Shown: positions 51,359-61,672, numbered from the stretch's first letter. The stretch is 64,000 bases of DNA from Candidatus Methanophagales archaeon (GCA_017883965.1 JAFNKG010000001.1:14893-78892); one strand, 5' to 3'. Notes: generated by a model from the sequence alone, not told the origin. Numbers and translations are program-made.

Positions 51359-51583
51359 ATAGCCAATAGCAAGGTAGCCAATAGCCAAATAGGGAACATA
51401 CCTATCTTGAATTTGTCATATTTAAAATTTACCGCAGAGAACGCTGAGTTCACAGAGAAAATAAGGGGTTAGTTGTCTGGTATTAGTAACCCTAAAACCT
51501 AAACCTCTAAACCTACACCCTCTGCGTTCTCCGTGAACTCTGCGGTTAATCTGACAATGTCAAGCTATTCCTCATTGGCTATT
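51359..51583. repeat. Nested inverted-repeat composite between convergent ccmB and topA
   Basis: Outer ATAGCCA units / ttggctatt; cttgaatttgtca / tgacaatgtcaag; accgcagagaacgctgagttcacagag / ctctgcgttctccgtgaactctgcggt; inner ggggttag / CCTAAA-type units. Confidence 0.82.
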
Positions 51584-53636
51584 CACTATTTGCCTGTTCC
51601 TTATTTTGATTCTTCCACTGCAAGAAATTGCAATACGGGCAGCCGAAATCCCACGTTTTACCCCTGCCTTTGCCCTTACCCTTTTTTATTATCTTTAACT
51701 TAAACAGGGAAGGATGTATATCGCATTTATCTTTGGTCACAATCAGTCTCCCGCTTGTTGGTAACGGCAAAGAGAAATTACAGGTGGGAAAACCGCTGCA
51801 GCCCACGAATCTTTTCCTGCGTTTAGAAGTCGCCCAAAAAAGATCCGCACCACATTCCGGGCATGTTCCCACGATTTTATCGCTCTTTAAAGCTTCTTTA
51901 AGTGATTTCCCTATTTCCTCACGATTCTCCATCATCTCCTTGAACACCGCACTCAACATCTTTCTCGAATCATCCGCAACTTCATTCTTTTTTCGTTTTC
52001 CTTCACTTATCCCGTCCATCTCCTGTTCTAACGTTTTTGTCATCTCCGGCTTCGTTATCACCGCAGCATATTTCTCTAAGGAATCAATAAGTGCGAATGC
52101 CTTTTCTGTGGGTTTAGCGGGGTTGTCCTGCACGTATGCGCGGTCATACAGCTTCCCTATTATCTCGTGTCGCGTGCTCTTCGTGCCAAGCCCCAGATCT
52201 TCCATCTTTTTTATCAGCCCTGCTTGTGAAATCCTATTCGGTGGCTTTGTTTCCTTATCTGAAATCTCTAAATCCTCGACTATTACTTTATCTCCCTCTT
52301 TTAATTTCGGTAATATCAATTCTTCCTTCTTCTGGTACGGATACACAGCAAGAAATCCCTGCTCCTTCAATTCTTTTCCCTTCGCCTCCAATGGCTCGCT
52401 CCCTACCTCTATCTTTACATCTGTATCTTCCCATTTTGCGGCATCAGAAAGCGTAGCTAAAAATCGCCGGACCACGAGTTCGTATATCTTCCACATATCC
52501 TTGTCAAGCTTCTCTTTGGACGTTTTCGCTACCGGATGTATAGGGGGGTGGTCAGTAGTCTTCTTTTTACCTGCCGTTGGCTTTAATTTCTTCTTCTTTA
52601 ATATTTGCTCAGCATGTTCACCAAATTCTTCGTGTTCGTAAAACATCTTTACTAACGCCTTTAAATCCAGCGTGTCCGGATACGTGGTATTATCAGTGCG
52701 ATGATATGATATGAGTCCCTCGAGATACAGGCTCTGTGCGATGTTCATCGCTCTCCTCGGCGTGTATCCGATAGAAGAAGCAGCTCTTATGAATCCTGTT
52801 GTATCGAAAGGAGCAGGTGGCTTATCAACCCGCAACTTCCTCTTCACATCACGAACAATTCCGCTCTTTGCTGATTCTATTCTCGATTTTATCGCTTCAA
52901 CTTCGTCTCTTTCCCAAAACTTATGCTTTTCATGCGTTACATCGAAAACCTCGCCTTTTTCCGTCTTTAATTTCGCATGCAGCTCCCAGAACTTACGAGG
53001 GACGAATTTCGCTATTTCTTTTTCCTTCTCTACCAACAACGCAAGTGTCGGAGATTGCACACGTCCAACGGAAAAGAAGTCGTCACCCACACGATTCGCA
53101 GATAATGAAATGAACCTTGTCAAAGATGCACCCCATATCAGGTCTATTATCTGTCTCGCTTCGGCTGATGCCGCCAGATTATAATCAACTTCACTTCTCG
53201 CCGCAAAACTTTCTTTTATGTCCTTCTCGGTTATCGCACTGTATCGCATCCTGTCAATTTTCACATCAGGATTTATTTTTTTGATAAGGCGGAGTGATTC
53301 AACACCTATTAACTCACCTTCGCGGTCGTAATCCGTTGCGATGGTCACCCTGTCAGCATCTCTTGCTATTTGTGCCACTGCTTTAACTATACCTTTTTTT
53401 AATGCAACTGCTACTATTTTGGCATCTATCAACTTGAAAGGGTTTATCTTACTCCAATTATTATATGCGGTTGGGAAGTCAAGACGAAAAACATGCCCGC
53501 TCAGTCCTACAACTACTTTTCCATCGAACTCATGCGCATCTATGTTTCCTACCTTTTTCTTCTTTGCTTTGCCATTCGATAAAATTGAGGCGATTTTTCT
53601 TGCCGTTGTCCCTTTCTCCGTGATTATGTAGTGCAT
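51579..53636 (-). CDS. topA: DNA topoisomerase I (type IA)
   Basis: IITEK, SGH, ATDYDREGELIG, SVGRVQSPTL, LISYHRTD (catalytic Tyr), HPPIHP, GLGTKSTR, zinc ribbon. Confidence 0.96.
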   Translation of the reverse strand: MHYIITEKGTTARKIASILSNGKAKKKKVGNIDAHEFDGKVVVGLSGHVFRLDFPTAYNNWSKINPFKLIDAKIVAVALKKGIVKAVAQIARDADRVTIATDYDREGELIGVESLRLIKKINPDVKIDRMRYSAITEKDIKESFAARSEVDYNLAASAEARQIIDLIWGASLTRFISLSANRVGDDFFSVGRVQSPTLALLVEKEKEIAKFVPRKFWELHAKLKTEKGEVFDVTHEKHKFWERDEVEAIKSRIESAKSGIVRDVKRKLRVDKPPAPFDTTGFIRAASSIGYTPRRAMNIAQSLYLEGLISYHRTDNTTYPDTLDLKALVKMFYEHEEFGEHAEQILKKKKLKPTAGKKKTTDHPPIHPVAKTSKEKLDKDMWKIYELVVRRFLATLSDAAKWEDTDVKIEVGSEPLEAKGKELKEQGFLAVYPYQKKEELILPKLKEGDKVIVEDLEISDKETKPPNRISQAGLIKKMEDLGLGTKSTRHEIIGKLYDRAYVQDNPAKPTEKAFALIDSLEKYAAVITKPEMTKTLEQEMDGISEGKRKKNEVADDSRKMLSAVFKEMMENREEIGKSLKEALKSDKIVGTCPECGADLFWATSKRRKRFVGCSGFPTCNFSLPLPTSGRLIVTKDKCDIHPSLFKLKIIKKGKGKGRGKTWDFGCPYCNFLQWKNQNKEQANSE

Positions 53637-53685
53637 GGTGTTGTTTCCCGCGGATTTATTTTTCGTATTTTTATAGCATGATAGG

Positions 53686-54756
53686 ATGGACTATTTAAAT
53701 ATAAATATAATTGAGATGAAAAATACGGGCTGTATAAAAGAGAAAGAGGCTTTTTTGTATGAGCAAAAAGGGAAGAAAGTGAGATGTGGAACCTGTGAAC
53801 GGTTCTGCGAAATTGATGTGGGCGAGTCGGGATTCTGTAAAACACGGATGAATATTGATGGAAAACTCTATACCTTAGAATATGGCGATATTTCCTCTAT
53901 AAGTGCGAATCCAATAGAGAAGAAACCCTTTTTCCATTTCTTCCCAGGCAGCAGAGCATTAACGGCTGGTAGTTACGGCTGCAATTTCTCCTGCCCCTGG
54001 TGTCAGAATTGGGACATTAGCAAATCCGTTCCAACTCCGGCGGGGAGTAATTATGTATCGGCAGAGAGATTCGTGCGAATGGTGAAAGAGAGAAGATGCC
54101 AGGGGACTTCTATATCCTTTAACGAGCCAGCATTACTTCTCGAATACTCGCTTGACGTTTTTGAACTCGCTAAAAGAGAGGGCTATTATAATACATACGT
54201 GACGAATGGCTACATGAGTGCAGATGCGCTGAGGTTGCTGGTGGAGCATGGATTAGATGCGATGAATGTGGATATAAAAGGTTGTGAGGAAGCAGTGCGG
54301 AAATATTGTGGTGCAGACATTGAAAAAGTATGGCGGAATATAAAGGAAGCGAAGAGAAAGGGAGTTCATGTTGAACTCACAACGCTCATTATACCGCGTG
54401 TGAACGATGCTGAGAAATGTTTGAGGAGCATAGCATCGAGAATCAGGAATGAAGTCGGGAGAAATACACCCTGGCACGTAACGCAGTATTATCCGGCTTA
54501 CAAATCGCTTGAAGTCGGTCTTTACAAAGGAAGGACACCTGTTGAAACACTGGAGCGTGCGTGGAGCATAGGGAAGGAAGAAGGTTTGAATTATGTCTAT
54601 CTCGGCAACGTTCCCGGGCATCATTATGAAAATACTTATTGCCCGGATTGCGGTGAACTGTTAATCAAGCGATATGGTTTTGACGTGGTTAGTTATCGGA
54701 TTACAGCAGAGAATAAATGTCCGAAGTGTGGGGAGACTATCGTAGTGAAAAAATAA
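53686..54756 (+). CDS. AmmeMemoRadiSam-type radical SAM enzyme (PFL-activase-like); start may be 53716
   Basis: VRCGTCERFC, NPIEKKPFFHFFPG, GCNFSCPWCQNWDIS, FNEP, YVYLGNV..ENTYCPDCG. Confidence 0.88.
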   Translation: MDYLNINIIEMKNTGCIKEKEAFLYEQKGKKVRCGTCERFCEIDVGESGFCKTRMNIDGKLYTLEYGDISSISANPIEKKPFFHFFPGSRALTAGSYGCNFSCPWCQNWDISKSVPTPAGSNYVSAERFVRMVKERRCQGTSISFNEPALLLEYSLDVFELAKREGYYNTYVTNGYMSADALRLLVEHGLDAMNVDIKGCEEAVRKYCGADIEKVWRNIKEAKRKGVHVELTTLIIPRVNDAEKCLRSIASRIRNEVGRNTPWHVTQYYPAYKSLEVGLYKGRTPVETLERAWSIGKEEGLNYVYLGNVPGHHYENTYCPDCGELLIKRYGFDVVSYRITAENKCPKCGETIVVKK

Positions 54757-54775
54757 AGATTTACCGTAAACACTT

Positions 54776-55933
54776 TTATAATTCTTCCCCTTCTAACAAC
54801 CGCCCTAAAAATACCGCAAGGTCAACTATCTCAAAATTATATTCACATCCGCATTCTTCTTCTCCTTCCGCCTCTTTCTCTTTCTCCGTCTCCGTTTCGC
54901 GCTTCAAACAATTTAAATGTGACAAGCATTTCGGACAGGTGGTTATCAACGCATCCACTTCCTTATCTTTTACTTCATCCAGCCGGAAAGCTCTGAGTGC
55001 TTTACTCATATCATTGCAGTTCATCATCGCGCTAACACCACAGCAAAGAGAATTGTCTTTGGAGTGATTCAGTTCTACATATCTTGCCCCGGACTTCGTT
55101 ATCGCATCCCGTGGCGCTTCGTATAACTGAAAACGTTTCATTGCGCAGGGGTCATGGTATGTTACCGTTCTGGCACGATTATTCGCTTTTTCTAAATCTG
55201 GGAAATCCATTTTCTCGCTCAACGATAGTAATTGAGAAACATGTATAACCTCTACACCCATAGCTTCCAGTTCGTAATATCTCTTGAAAGTGAGGAAACA
55301 CTCAGCACAACTTACAACGAGCTTCTTTATCCCCATCTCCTTTATTTTTTTTGTATTGTAAGAAGCGAGCTGCTCGAAAACCTTATAATTGCCCTGATAA
55401 AGCACGTCATGTCCACAGCATTTCAAGCTTGCAATTCCTGGCTTTATCCCTATTTCATTCAGCAGCTTTACTGCGTAATCACCTATCTCATGAAAGTTCA
55501 CACCTACGTCCATAAACAGGTCGAAATAATCCAAACAGCCGGGGAAATAGCCATACTCGCTATTTTCAGCTATTTCACCTTTGAAATCCGTTGGCACACC
55601 TTTATCAAAGAAAGTCATGAAAGTGGCTATCTCGGAAAATACCCTGTGCGCTAAACTATCCTCGTTTACTCCTCCTTCGCTCCTCAAACCTAGTATAAGC
55701 GCTGGAAAATCCACTCCCTGTGGACATACAGCATAGCAATTGTCACAAATCAAACAGTTCCATTGCTCATTCTCATCTGTATCCGTATCCGTATCAAAGT
55801 CATATAAGAAGCTACGAGGATTGAATTTTGATACCCTGCGCATTGGACACGTCCCCGTGCATTGCCCGCATTGATAACAAAGCCTTGAAATACTCGAATA
55901 TCTTTGTGTAATGCTTTCGCTCTTTTTCGCCAT
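54776..55933 (-). CDS. HdrD/GlpC-like protein (HdrC-type ferredoxin plus two CCG domains)
   Basis: CYQCGQCTGTCP..WNCLICDNCYAVCP; YFPGC..CCG..SCAEC; YHDPC..CCG..TCPKC. Confidence 0.85.
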   Translation of the reverse strand: MAKKSESITQRYSSISRLCYQCGQCTGTCPMRRVSKFNPRSFLYDFDTDTDTDENEQWNCLICDNCYAVCPQGVDFPALILGLRSEGGVNEDSLAHRVFSEIATFMTFFDKGVPTDFKGEIAENSEYGYFPGCLDYFDLFMDVGVNFHEIGDYAVKLLNEIGIKPGIASLKCCGHDVLYQGNYKVFEQLASYNTKKIKEMGIKKLVVSCAECFLTFKRYYELEAMGVEVIHVSQLLSLSEKMDFPDLEKANNRARTVTYHDPCAMKRFQLYEAPRDAITKSGARYVELNHSKDNSLCCGVSAMMNCNDMSKALRAFRLDEVKDKEVDALITTCPKCLSHLNCLKRETETEKEKEAEGEEECGCEYNFEIVDLAVFLGRLLEGEEL

Positions 55934-55994
55934 AGTATAAATGAAAAACTATATATACTACTATTATGAAAAGACTTACTTATTTGTCCCTGCA

Positions 55995-57278
55995 TCAAAA
56001 AATTTTGCTTATCTTCGCCTTCGCACCCATTTCTTCATCTATCCGCAACAACTGATTGTATTTACCAGCCCTTTCGCTTCTTGCGGGTGCACCGGTTTTT
56101 ATTATCTCTGCGTTTATCGCAACCGAGAAATCGGCGATGAGCGTATCCTCAGTCTCGCCAGACCTATGGCTGACTACTTTCTTATATCCGTTTTCAGAAG
56201 CCAATTTAACGGCATCCAGAGTTTCCGAAATACTGCCTATTTGATTCAACTTAAGCAGAATGGCATTTGCCGCTTTTTTCGTTATACCCTCTTGAAGTCG
56301 CTTAACGTTTGTCACGAACAGGTCATCGCCAACTATTATTTTCCGTGGCATCCTCATCGTGAGTTCCGCAAATAACTCGAATGAATCCTCTTCAAATGGG
56401 TCTTCTATCAATTCTATCGGATATTTCTCCACGAGAGCTTGATAGAAGTCAATCAGTTCAGAGCCGTCTTTATCCATGCCGTCTATCACGTATTTTCGCT
56501 TCGCCGCGTCGAAGAAAGAAGAAGCCGCCGCATCCATGCCCAACCGTATTTCGTCCTCAGAATAACCAGATTCGCTTATCGCTTCCGTTATCGCATCAAG
56601 TGGCTGAACAGTCTCACGCATAGGCGGTGCATAGCCACCCTCATCTCCCACATTCGTAGCTATTTTACCGTATTTCGCCGCCAACACTTTTTTAAGTGCG
56701 TGATAAGTCTCAACACCAGCCCTTAAATTATCGCTGAACCTGTCAAAACCTATGGGTAGGATAATAAACTCCTGTATGCTCAGCTCGTTACCTGCATGCT
56801 GTCCGCCGTTTATCACGTTCATCATCGGTACCGGAAGCTCATACTGTAGCTCCATCCCGGCGACGTCCTCACAGACATATTCAAAGAGCGGCTTTTTTAA
56901 CGAATCCGCCGCCGCTTTACAAACCGCCATCGAGGTTCCGAGAATAGAATTCGCACCCAAGCTCGACTTGTTTTCCGTTCCATCCAGTTCTATCAGCCGC
57001 TCATCTATGTCCCGCTGTTCGAGAGCGTCCATTCCAATTAGTTCGTTTTTTATCACTGTATTCACGGCTTCAACCGCTTTGAGAACTCCTTTGCCGCCAT
57101 ATCTTTTCTTGTCGCCGTTTCGTTTCTCCCACGCCTCTTTACTTCCGGTAGATGCCCCCGAAGGCACACTCGCTCTGCCAAATCCGTCCGCTGTATGCAC
57201 TTCTACTTCTATGGTCGGATTTCCACGAGAATCCAGAATCTCTCTTCCTTTTATTTCCTTTATCTCTATTACTCTCAT
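55995..57278 (-). CDS. eno: Enolase
   Basis: EILDSRGNPTIE, VPSGASTG, VGDEGG, IVGDDLFVTN, LLKLNQIG, SHRSGETED, KYNQLLRI. Confidence 0.98.
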   Translation of the reverse strand: MRVIEIKEIKGREILDSRGNPTIEVEVHTADGFGRASVPSGASTGSKEAWEKRNGDKKRYGGKGVLKAVEAVNTVIKNELIGMDALEQRDIDERLIELDGTENKSSLGANSILGTSMAVCKAAADSLKKPLFEYVCEDVAGMELQYELPVPMMNVINGGQHAGNELSIQEFIILPIGFDRFSDNLRAGVETYHALKKVLAAKYGKIATNVGDEGGYAPPMRETVQPLDAITEAISESGYSEDEIRLGMDAAASSFFDAAKRKYVIDGMDKDGSELIDFYQALVEKYPIELIEDPFEEDSFELFAELTMRMPRKIIVGDDLFVTNVKRLQEGITKKAANAILLKLNQIGSISETLDAVKLASENGYKKVVSHRSGETEDTLIADFSVAINAEIIKTGAPARSERAGKYNQLLRIDEEMGAKAKISKIF

Positions 57279-57391
57279 AATTAATCTATTTCTCCAATAG
57301 CAATTTCAAACTTTTTATCTTTATTTTTATTATAGTTCTTTATCGTGTATTTTTCTATAAGCTAAAATGGGGTAAAGAAGGAAAATTACAG

Positions 57392-59041
57392 ATGAAGGCA
57401 AAAGCAAACGAGGAAAAAACAGAAACAACGAATAGGGTGCTTGTAACAGACCATATTTCAGAAGAGGGGATAAAAAAGCTGAAGGAGTTTGCAGAAGTTG
57501 ACATTGAATTAGAATTGAGCAGGGAAGATTTAAAGGAGCGTATTGCGGGCTATGATGCGTTAATCGTGAGAAGTGGCACGAAAGTGACGCAGGAAATAAT
57601 AGAAGCAGGGAGCATCGGCAGATTAAAGGTAATAGGCAGAGCAGGTGTCGGCGTGGATAACATAGACGTGGAAACAGCGACGGAAAAAGGAATTATGGTG
57701 GTGAATGCGCCGGAAGCAAATACTATATCTGCCGCGGAACATACCATCGCAATGCTGTTCAGCCTTTCGCGAAAAATACCGGCTGCGAATCTGTCGCTGA
57801 AATCAAGGAAGTGGGAGAGAAAAAAGCACATGGGTGTGGAAGTAAATGGCAAGGTATTAGGCATAATAGGTCTGGGAAGAGTGGGGAGTGAAGTAGCGAA
57901 GAGGGGAAAAGGGCTTGGAATGAGAGTCGTTGCTTACGACCCCTTTATATCATTGGAGAGCGCGAGAGAGCTTGGAATTGCTCTTTTAAGTTTTACTGAG
58001 GTTCTTTCTGCTGCTGATTATATATCACTGCATACACCACTGACAAAGGACACGCATCACCTGATAGGTAAGAAAGAGTTCGAGTTGATGAAAGACGGTG
58101 TTCGTGTGATAAATTGTGCGAGGGGTGGGATATTAGATGAGGATGCGCTGAAGGATGCGATAAAGAGCGGTAAAGTAGCAGAAGCGGCTCTGGATGTATT
58201 CGAGCACGAGCCACCCGATGAAAGTGAATTACTGGAACTGGAAGAAGTAATTGTTACGCCTCATCTGGGTGCATCCACGGAGGAAGCGCAGAAGGCTGCC
58301 GCTATGGTTATTTCAGAGGAGGTAATAGAGGCGTTGAAGAACAAGCCAGTAAGGAATGCCGTGAACATGATATACGTCGAAGAGGAGTTGATGGACGCTA
58401 TAAAGCCTTATTTAGTATTAGCAGAGAAACTCGGGCGACTCTGTGCACAGCTCATACCAAAATCGAGTAGGCTTGAGCAATTTGACGTTTCTTATGAAGG
58501 AGAAATAGGAATGGCAACACACATAGGGAAAAACACGAGATTGATAACCGTAGCAATGCTGAAGAGTTATCTCTCATGGTTCACCAATGGTGTGAATTAT
58601 GTGAATGCCGATGTAATAGCGAAGAATTTCGGGATAAAAGTTACGGAAAGCAAGACAGAGGACGTTGAAAATTTCTCCTCTTTGATTAGCATTACAGCGA
58701 GCACGCGGATAGAAGATGAAGCGAAAAAAAGGACCGTTGCAGGCACACTCTTTGGAAAAAACGACCCAAGAATAGTGAAAATAGATGGGTTCCGGGTGGA
58801 TGCATCTCCTTCTGGCTACATGCTTATATGCTCCTTCTTCGATAAGCCAAGGGTGATAGGTCCTGTTTGCATGATTTTAGGCGACCGCGGCATAAACATA
58901 GCCGGAATGCAGGTGGGAAGGGAGGAAGTAGGAGGCGAAGCTGTTATGGTGCTTAATGTGGACAGCCCCGTCGACGAGGACACCATAGAAGATATAAAAG
59001 AGGTTAAGAACATCTTTGACATTAAGCTTGTGAAGTTGTAA
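57392..59041 (+). CDS. serA: D-3-phosphoglycerate dehydrogenase
   Basis: GRAGVGVDNID, GIIGLGRVG, INCARGG, ALDVF, TPHLGAST, C-terminal ACT domain. Confidence 0.95.
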   Translation: MKAKANEEKTETTNRVLVTDHISEEGIKKLKEFAEVDIELELSREDLKERIAGYDALIVRSGTKVTQEIIEAGSIGRLKVIGRAGVGVDNIDVETATEKGIMVVNAPEANTISAAEHTIAMLFSLSRKIPAANLSLKSRKWERKKHMGVEVNGKVLGIIGLGRVGSEVAKRGKGLGMRVVAYDPFISLESARELGIALLSFTEVLSAADYISLHTPLTKDTHHLIGKKEFELMKDGVRVINCARGGILDEDALKDAIKSGKVAEAALDVFEHEPPDESELLELEEVIVTPHLGASTEEAQKAAAMVISEEVIEALKNKPVRNAVNMIYVEEELMDAIKPYLVLAEKLGRLCAQLIPKSSRLEQFDVSYEGEIGMATHIGKNTRLITVAMLKSYLSWFTNGVNYVNADVIAKNFGIKVTESKTEDVENFSSLISITASTRIEDEAKKRTVAGTLFGKNDPRIVKIDGFRVDASPSGYMLICSFFDKPRVIGPVCMILGDRGINIAGMQVGREEVGGEAVMVLNVDSPVDEDTIEDIKEVKNIFDIKLVKL

Positions 59042-59065
59042 GAGGTAAGACGGTAAAAAGAAACG

Positions 59066-59419
59066 ATGAGAAAGAGAAAAAAAGTAAAATTTGAGCGATA
59101 TGGGTGGTGGAAAAAGAAGAAATTGAGTAAGAGCTGGAGAAGACCTCGTGGCAGGGATAATAAGATGAGGCGGCATATAGCGGCGAAAGGTGCAAGGGTG
59201 AAAGCAGGATACAGGAGAAAGAAAGAAGAAAGGGGGCTACATCCTTCAGGGTGGAGAGAAGTGCTTGTTTTCAATACGAATGGCCTTGCTAAGGTAGAAG
59301 TTGCAAGAGAGGAAATAGCAGTGCGAATAGCATCAAGTGTTGGAAGGAGAAAGAGGGAAGCGATAGAGGCGGAAGCAGCCACGCTTGGTATAAAGGTGCT
59401 TAATCCTATGCGAGCATAA
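59066..59419 (+). CDS. rpl32e: 50S ribosomal protein eL32
   Basis: SWRRPRGRDNKMRR, GY....RGLHPSG, RIASSVGRRKR, IKVLN. Confidence 0.95.
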   Translation: MRKRKKVKFERYGWWKKKKLSKSWRRPRGRDNKMRRHIAAKGARVKAGYRRKKEERGLHPSGWREVLVFNTNGLAKVEVAREEIAVRIASSVGRRKREAIEAEAATLGIKVLNPMRA

Positions 59420-59505
59420 CAAATATCTCTTAAAAATCCCAATGTCAAAAAAGCCCTTATATGCCATAAATTTGGCAGACGTAAGAGAATGCCCCAGAAA
59501 TCGGG

Positions 59506-59580
59506 ATGAAGATATACAAATTAGATTGGGATGAAGAAAACATCTCTCACATTGCTGAGCATAACGTAACCAAAATCTAA
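59506..59580 (+). pseudogene. Truncated BrnT-like toxin remnant (24 aa)
   Basis: MKIYKLDWDEENISHIAEHNVTKI* resembles the N-terminus of 41930-42208 (IVWDEKAIEHIRRHGV); ends 6 bp before the antitoxin-like gene. Confidence 0.65.
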
Positions 59581-59586
59581 ATAATT

Positions 59587-60042
59587 ATGAGAGCAGAGAA
59601 ATTCAAAACGGAAAAAGAAGAAGCGGAATACTGGAACCAGATAGATACAACAACCTTAGATTTAGAGGAAGTTGAATTGGAATACGAACCAGGAATACCG
59701 GATAATATATGTGTGATTTGTGGAGAGGAAATGGAAGAAAGAAAGATGAATGTTGAAGCTTTTGGTGGTAAGATTACTATTCATGGCGTAAAGAAATATC
59801 ATTGCAAAAAATGTAACAGGTTTACAATTGGCTCTGAAAAGGCCGAAAGGCTATCTCAAATGCTAACAAGATTACGGCAAAGAGAAGATAGTATATTAGA
59901 ATCCATGTGCGTTATTGATTTTGACAATGAAGGGTACTTTGTTAGAATTCCTATCGAATTGGCAAATAGGATTGGAATTGAGAAAAAAGACCGGGCAAGA
60001 ATTTGTGTTGAAGGTAAAAAGATAATTTTAGAGTTTGAATAA
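59587..60042 (+). CDS. Antitoxin-like fusion: BrnA-type N-terminus + YgiT zinc finger + AbrB-like C-terminus
   Basis: FKTEKEEAEYW; CVICG..ITIHGV...CKKC; GYFVRIPIELANRIGIEKKD.....VEGKKIILE. Confidence 0.68.
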   Translation: MRAEKFKTEKEEAEYWNQIDTTTLDLEEVELEYEPGIPDNICVICGEEMEERKMNVEAFGGKITIHGVKKYHCKKCNRFTIGSEKAERLSQMLTRLRQREDSILESMCVIDFDNEGYFVRIPIELANRIGIEKKDRARICVEGKKIILEFE

Positions 60043-60046
60043 TAAA

Positions 60047-60721
60047 CTACGCTATCTCCGTGCCTCGATGTTTCCCGTGAACTGCATCTAAAATATTACG
60101 AGGGTTACTTCCGTCAATGACGATGGTCTTTATTCCGCTTCTTTCTATTATTTTCGCTGCAACAGGGTCTATAACAATTCTCGAGCCTGCTTTTAGTTCC
60201 TCTTTCATTGTTAGGGCTACGAGTTCCTTTGGCGTGAGCTTGTCGTATTTTCTCGCATCTGAATACATGCGAGGGTCTGCATCATAGACGCCATCTACCG
60301 ATGTCACATCTATAAGCAGGTCTGCATTTACGTATTCAGCGAGAATCGCAGCCACTGCATCGGTTGTATAACCCGGGCTTACGCCACCCATCACTGCTAT
60401 TTTCGCACTTTCGCCTTTCATCGCAGCCTTAGCCACTGCAACTTCTTTATAATCTGAGAAAGGTTCAGGATACGCATCTTTTAAAGCAGAAATAAGCAAT
60501 CTGGCGTTTATTCTTGCCACCGCTATGCCTATATAATCGCAAAAAGCTTCGTTCGCACCAAGATCACGTGCTATTTTTATACGTTCACGTGCTATTTCGC
60601 CACCACCGGTAACCATGTATAGATTGCATGATTTCGCAAGCTCCTCTAATACCGATGCAATCTTTTTTATGCTCTCAGCATCCGAGAAAAAAATACCGCC
60701 CAACGAAACGACAACTTTCAT
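60047..60721 (-). CDS. pyrH: UMP kinase (archaeal)
   Basis: VVSLGG, VTGGGEIAR, DYIGI..ARINA, PGYTTDAVAA, TSVDGVYDADP, IDPVAAKIIERS. Confidence 0.95.
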   Translation of the reverse strand: MKVVVSLGGIFFSDAESIKKIASVLEELAKSCNLYMVTGGGEIARERIKIARDLGANEAFCDYIGIAVARINARLLISALKDAYPEPFSDYKEVAVAKAAMKGESAKIAVMGGVSPGYTTDAVAAILAEYVNADLLIDVTSVDGVYDADPRMYSDARKYDKLTPKELVALTMKEELKAGSRIVIDPVAAKIIERSGIKTIVIDGSNPRNILDAVHGKHRGTEIA

Positions 60722-60776
60722 GTTATCATTTCCTCACTCTTTTTCATTAATAAACCTTTCTTTAAAAAAGGAAAAA

Positions 60777-60962
60777 ATGTGCGAATCGAGTGTGCTAATA
60801 GAAAAAGAAGGAAGAAGAGAATTGCTGATGGAGGATGTGGTTCATGTGGAAGTTGATGGTGAAGATATAAAACTCACGGGAATCTTGGGCGAGACACGAG
60901 ACACAAAAGGTAGGCTAAAGGAAATAAATCTGATGAAGCATACGATAGTGATAGAAGAATGA
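60777..60962 (+). CDS. CooT-family nickel-binding protein
   Basis: MCESSV..ELLMEDVV...DG..IKLTGILGE...GRLKEINL.KH.IVI (Cys2 and late His); start moved to ATG 60777. Confidence 0.82.
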   Translation: MCESSVLIEKEGRRELLMEDVVHVEVDGEDIKLTGILGETRDTKGRLKEINLMKHTIVIEE

Positions 60963-61630
60963 TGCACCTCGTTATAGAAGATGGAGTGCGGGAAAAATTC
61001 GAGATATGCGTTGGCATTGCGGAGATAAGAGGCGTGAGACAACAGGGAAGCGATGAAATAAGCAAAGAAATAGTAGAAGTAGCGACGGAAATAAAAAGCA
61101 GATATAGAATTGACGCAGTGAAGGAGATAAGAACAATCAGAATGCAAAGGGACTTCTTCTGGAGAATGGGTATTGACCCGACAAAAGTCCGACCGGCGTC
61201 AGAGGCATTGCTGAGAAGGATTTTGCTGAATAAGGGGCTGCCGAGGGTATCGCCAATTGTGGATGCCTATAATCTTGCATCAGTGAAGACACTGCTTACC
61301 TTCAGCGCTTTTGACCTCGAGCGAATAGCCCCGCCTTTGTCTGTGAGGTTTTCGAGAGAGGGTGAGGCGGTGACTTTGATAGGGAACAGGCGAAAGGAAT
61401 TAACGGGCAAAGAGATAGTCCTCGGTGATTCTGAGAAAATTTTATGCGTGTATGTGCATGGTGATGTGGAAGAAACGAAGGTAACGGATGCTACGAAGAA
61501 CGTGCTTTTAGTTGCTTATGGTATCCCGGGAATGTCGAAGGACGAACTCAAAGAAGGCGTAATCGCAGCATCGAATTACATAAAGAGGTTTGCGGGTGGA
61601 GAGGTTGTGATGGCGGAGGTGTATGAATAA
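60959..61630 (+). CDS. B3/B4 domain (PheRS-beta-like) tRNA editing protein
   Basis: RDFFWRMGIDPTKVRPASEALLRR..LP.VSPIVDAYNLAS..AFDL. Confidence 0.88.
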   Translation: MMHLVIEDGVREKFEICVGIAEIRGVRQQGSDEISKEIVEVATEIKSRYRIDAVKEIRTIRMQRDFFWRMGIDPTKVRPASEALLRRILLNKGLPRVSPIVDAYNLASVKTLLTFSAFDLERIAPPLSVRFSREGEAVTLIGNRRKELTGKEIVLGDSEKILCVYVHGDVEETKVTDATKNVLLVAYGIPGMSKDELKEGVIAASNYIKRFAGGEVVMAEVYE

Positions 61631-61672
61631 GAGGTATTTTTCCAAAGAAAGTTTGTTGGATTACGAAATACA

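Noticed and set aside
51628-52641. 337-aa antisense ORF and similar shadow ORFs (26329-27096, 58816-59448, 39852-40388)
   Set aside because: Opposite well-supported genes, S/F/L-rich with no motifs; explained by purine-rich sense codon bias.
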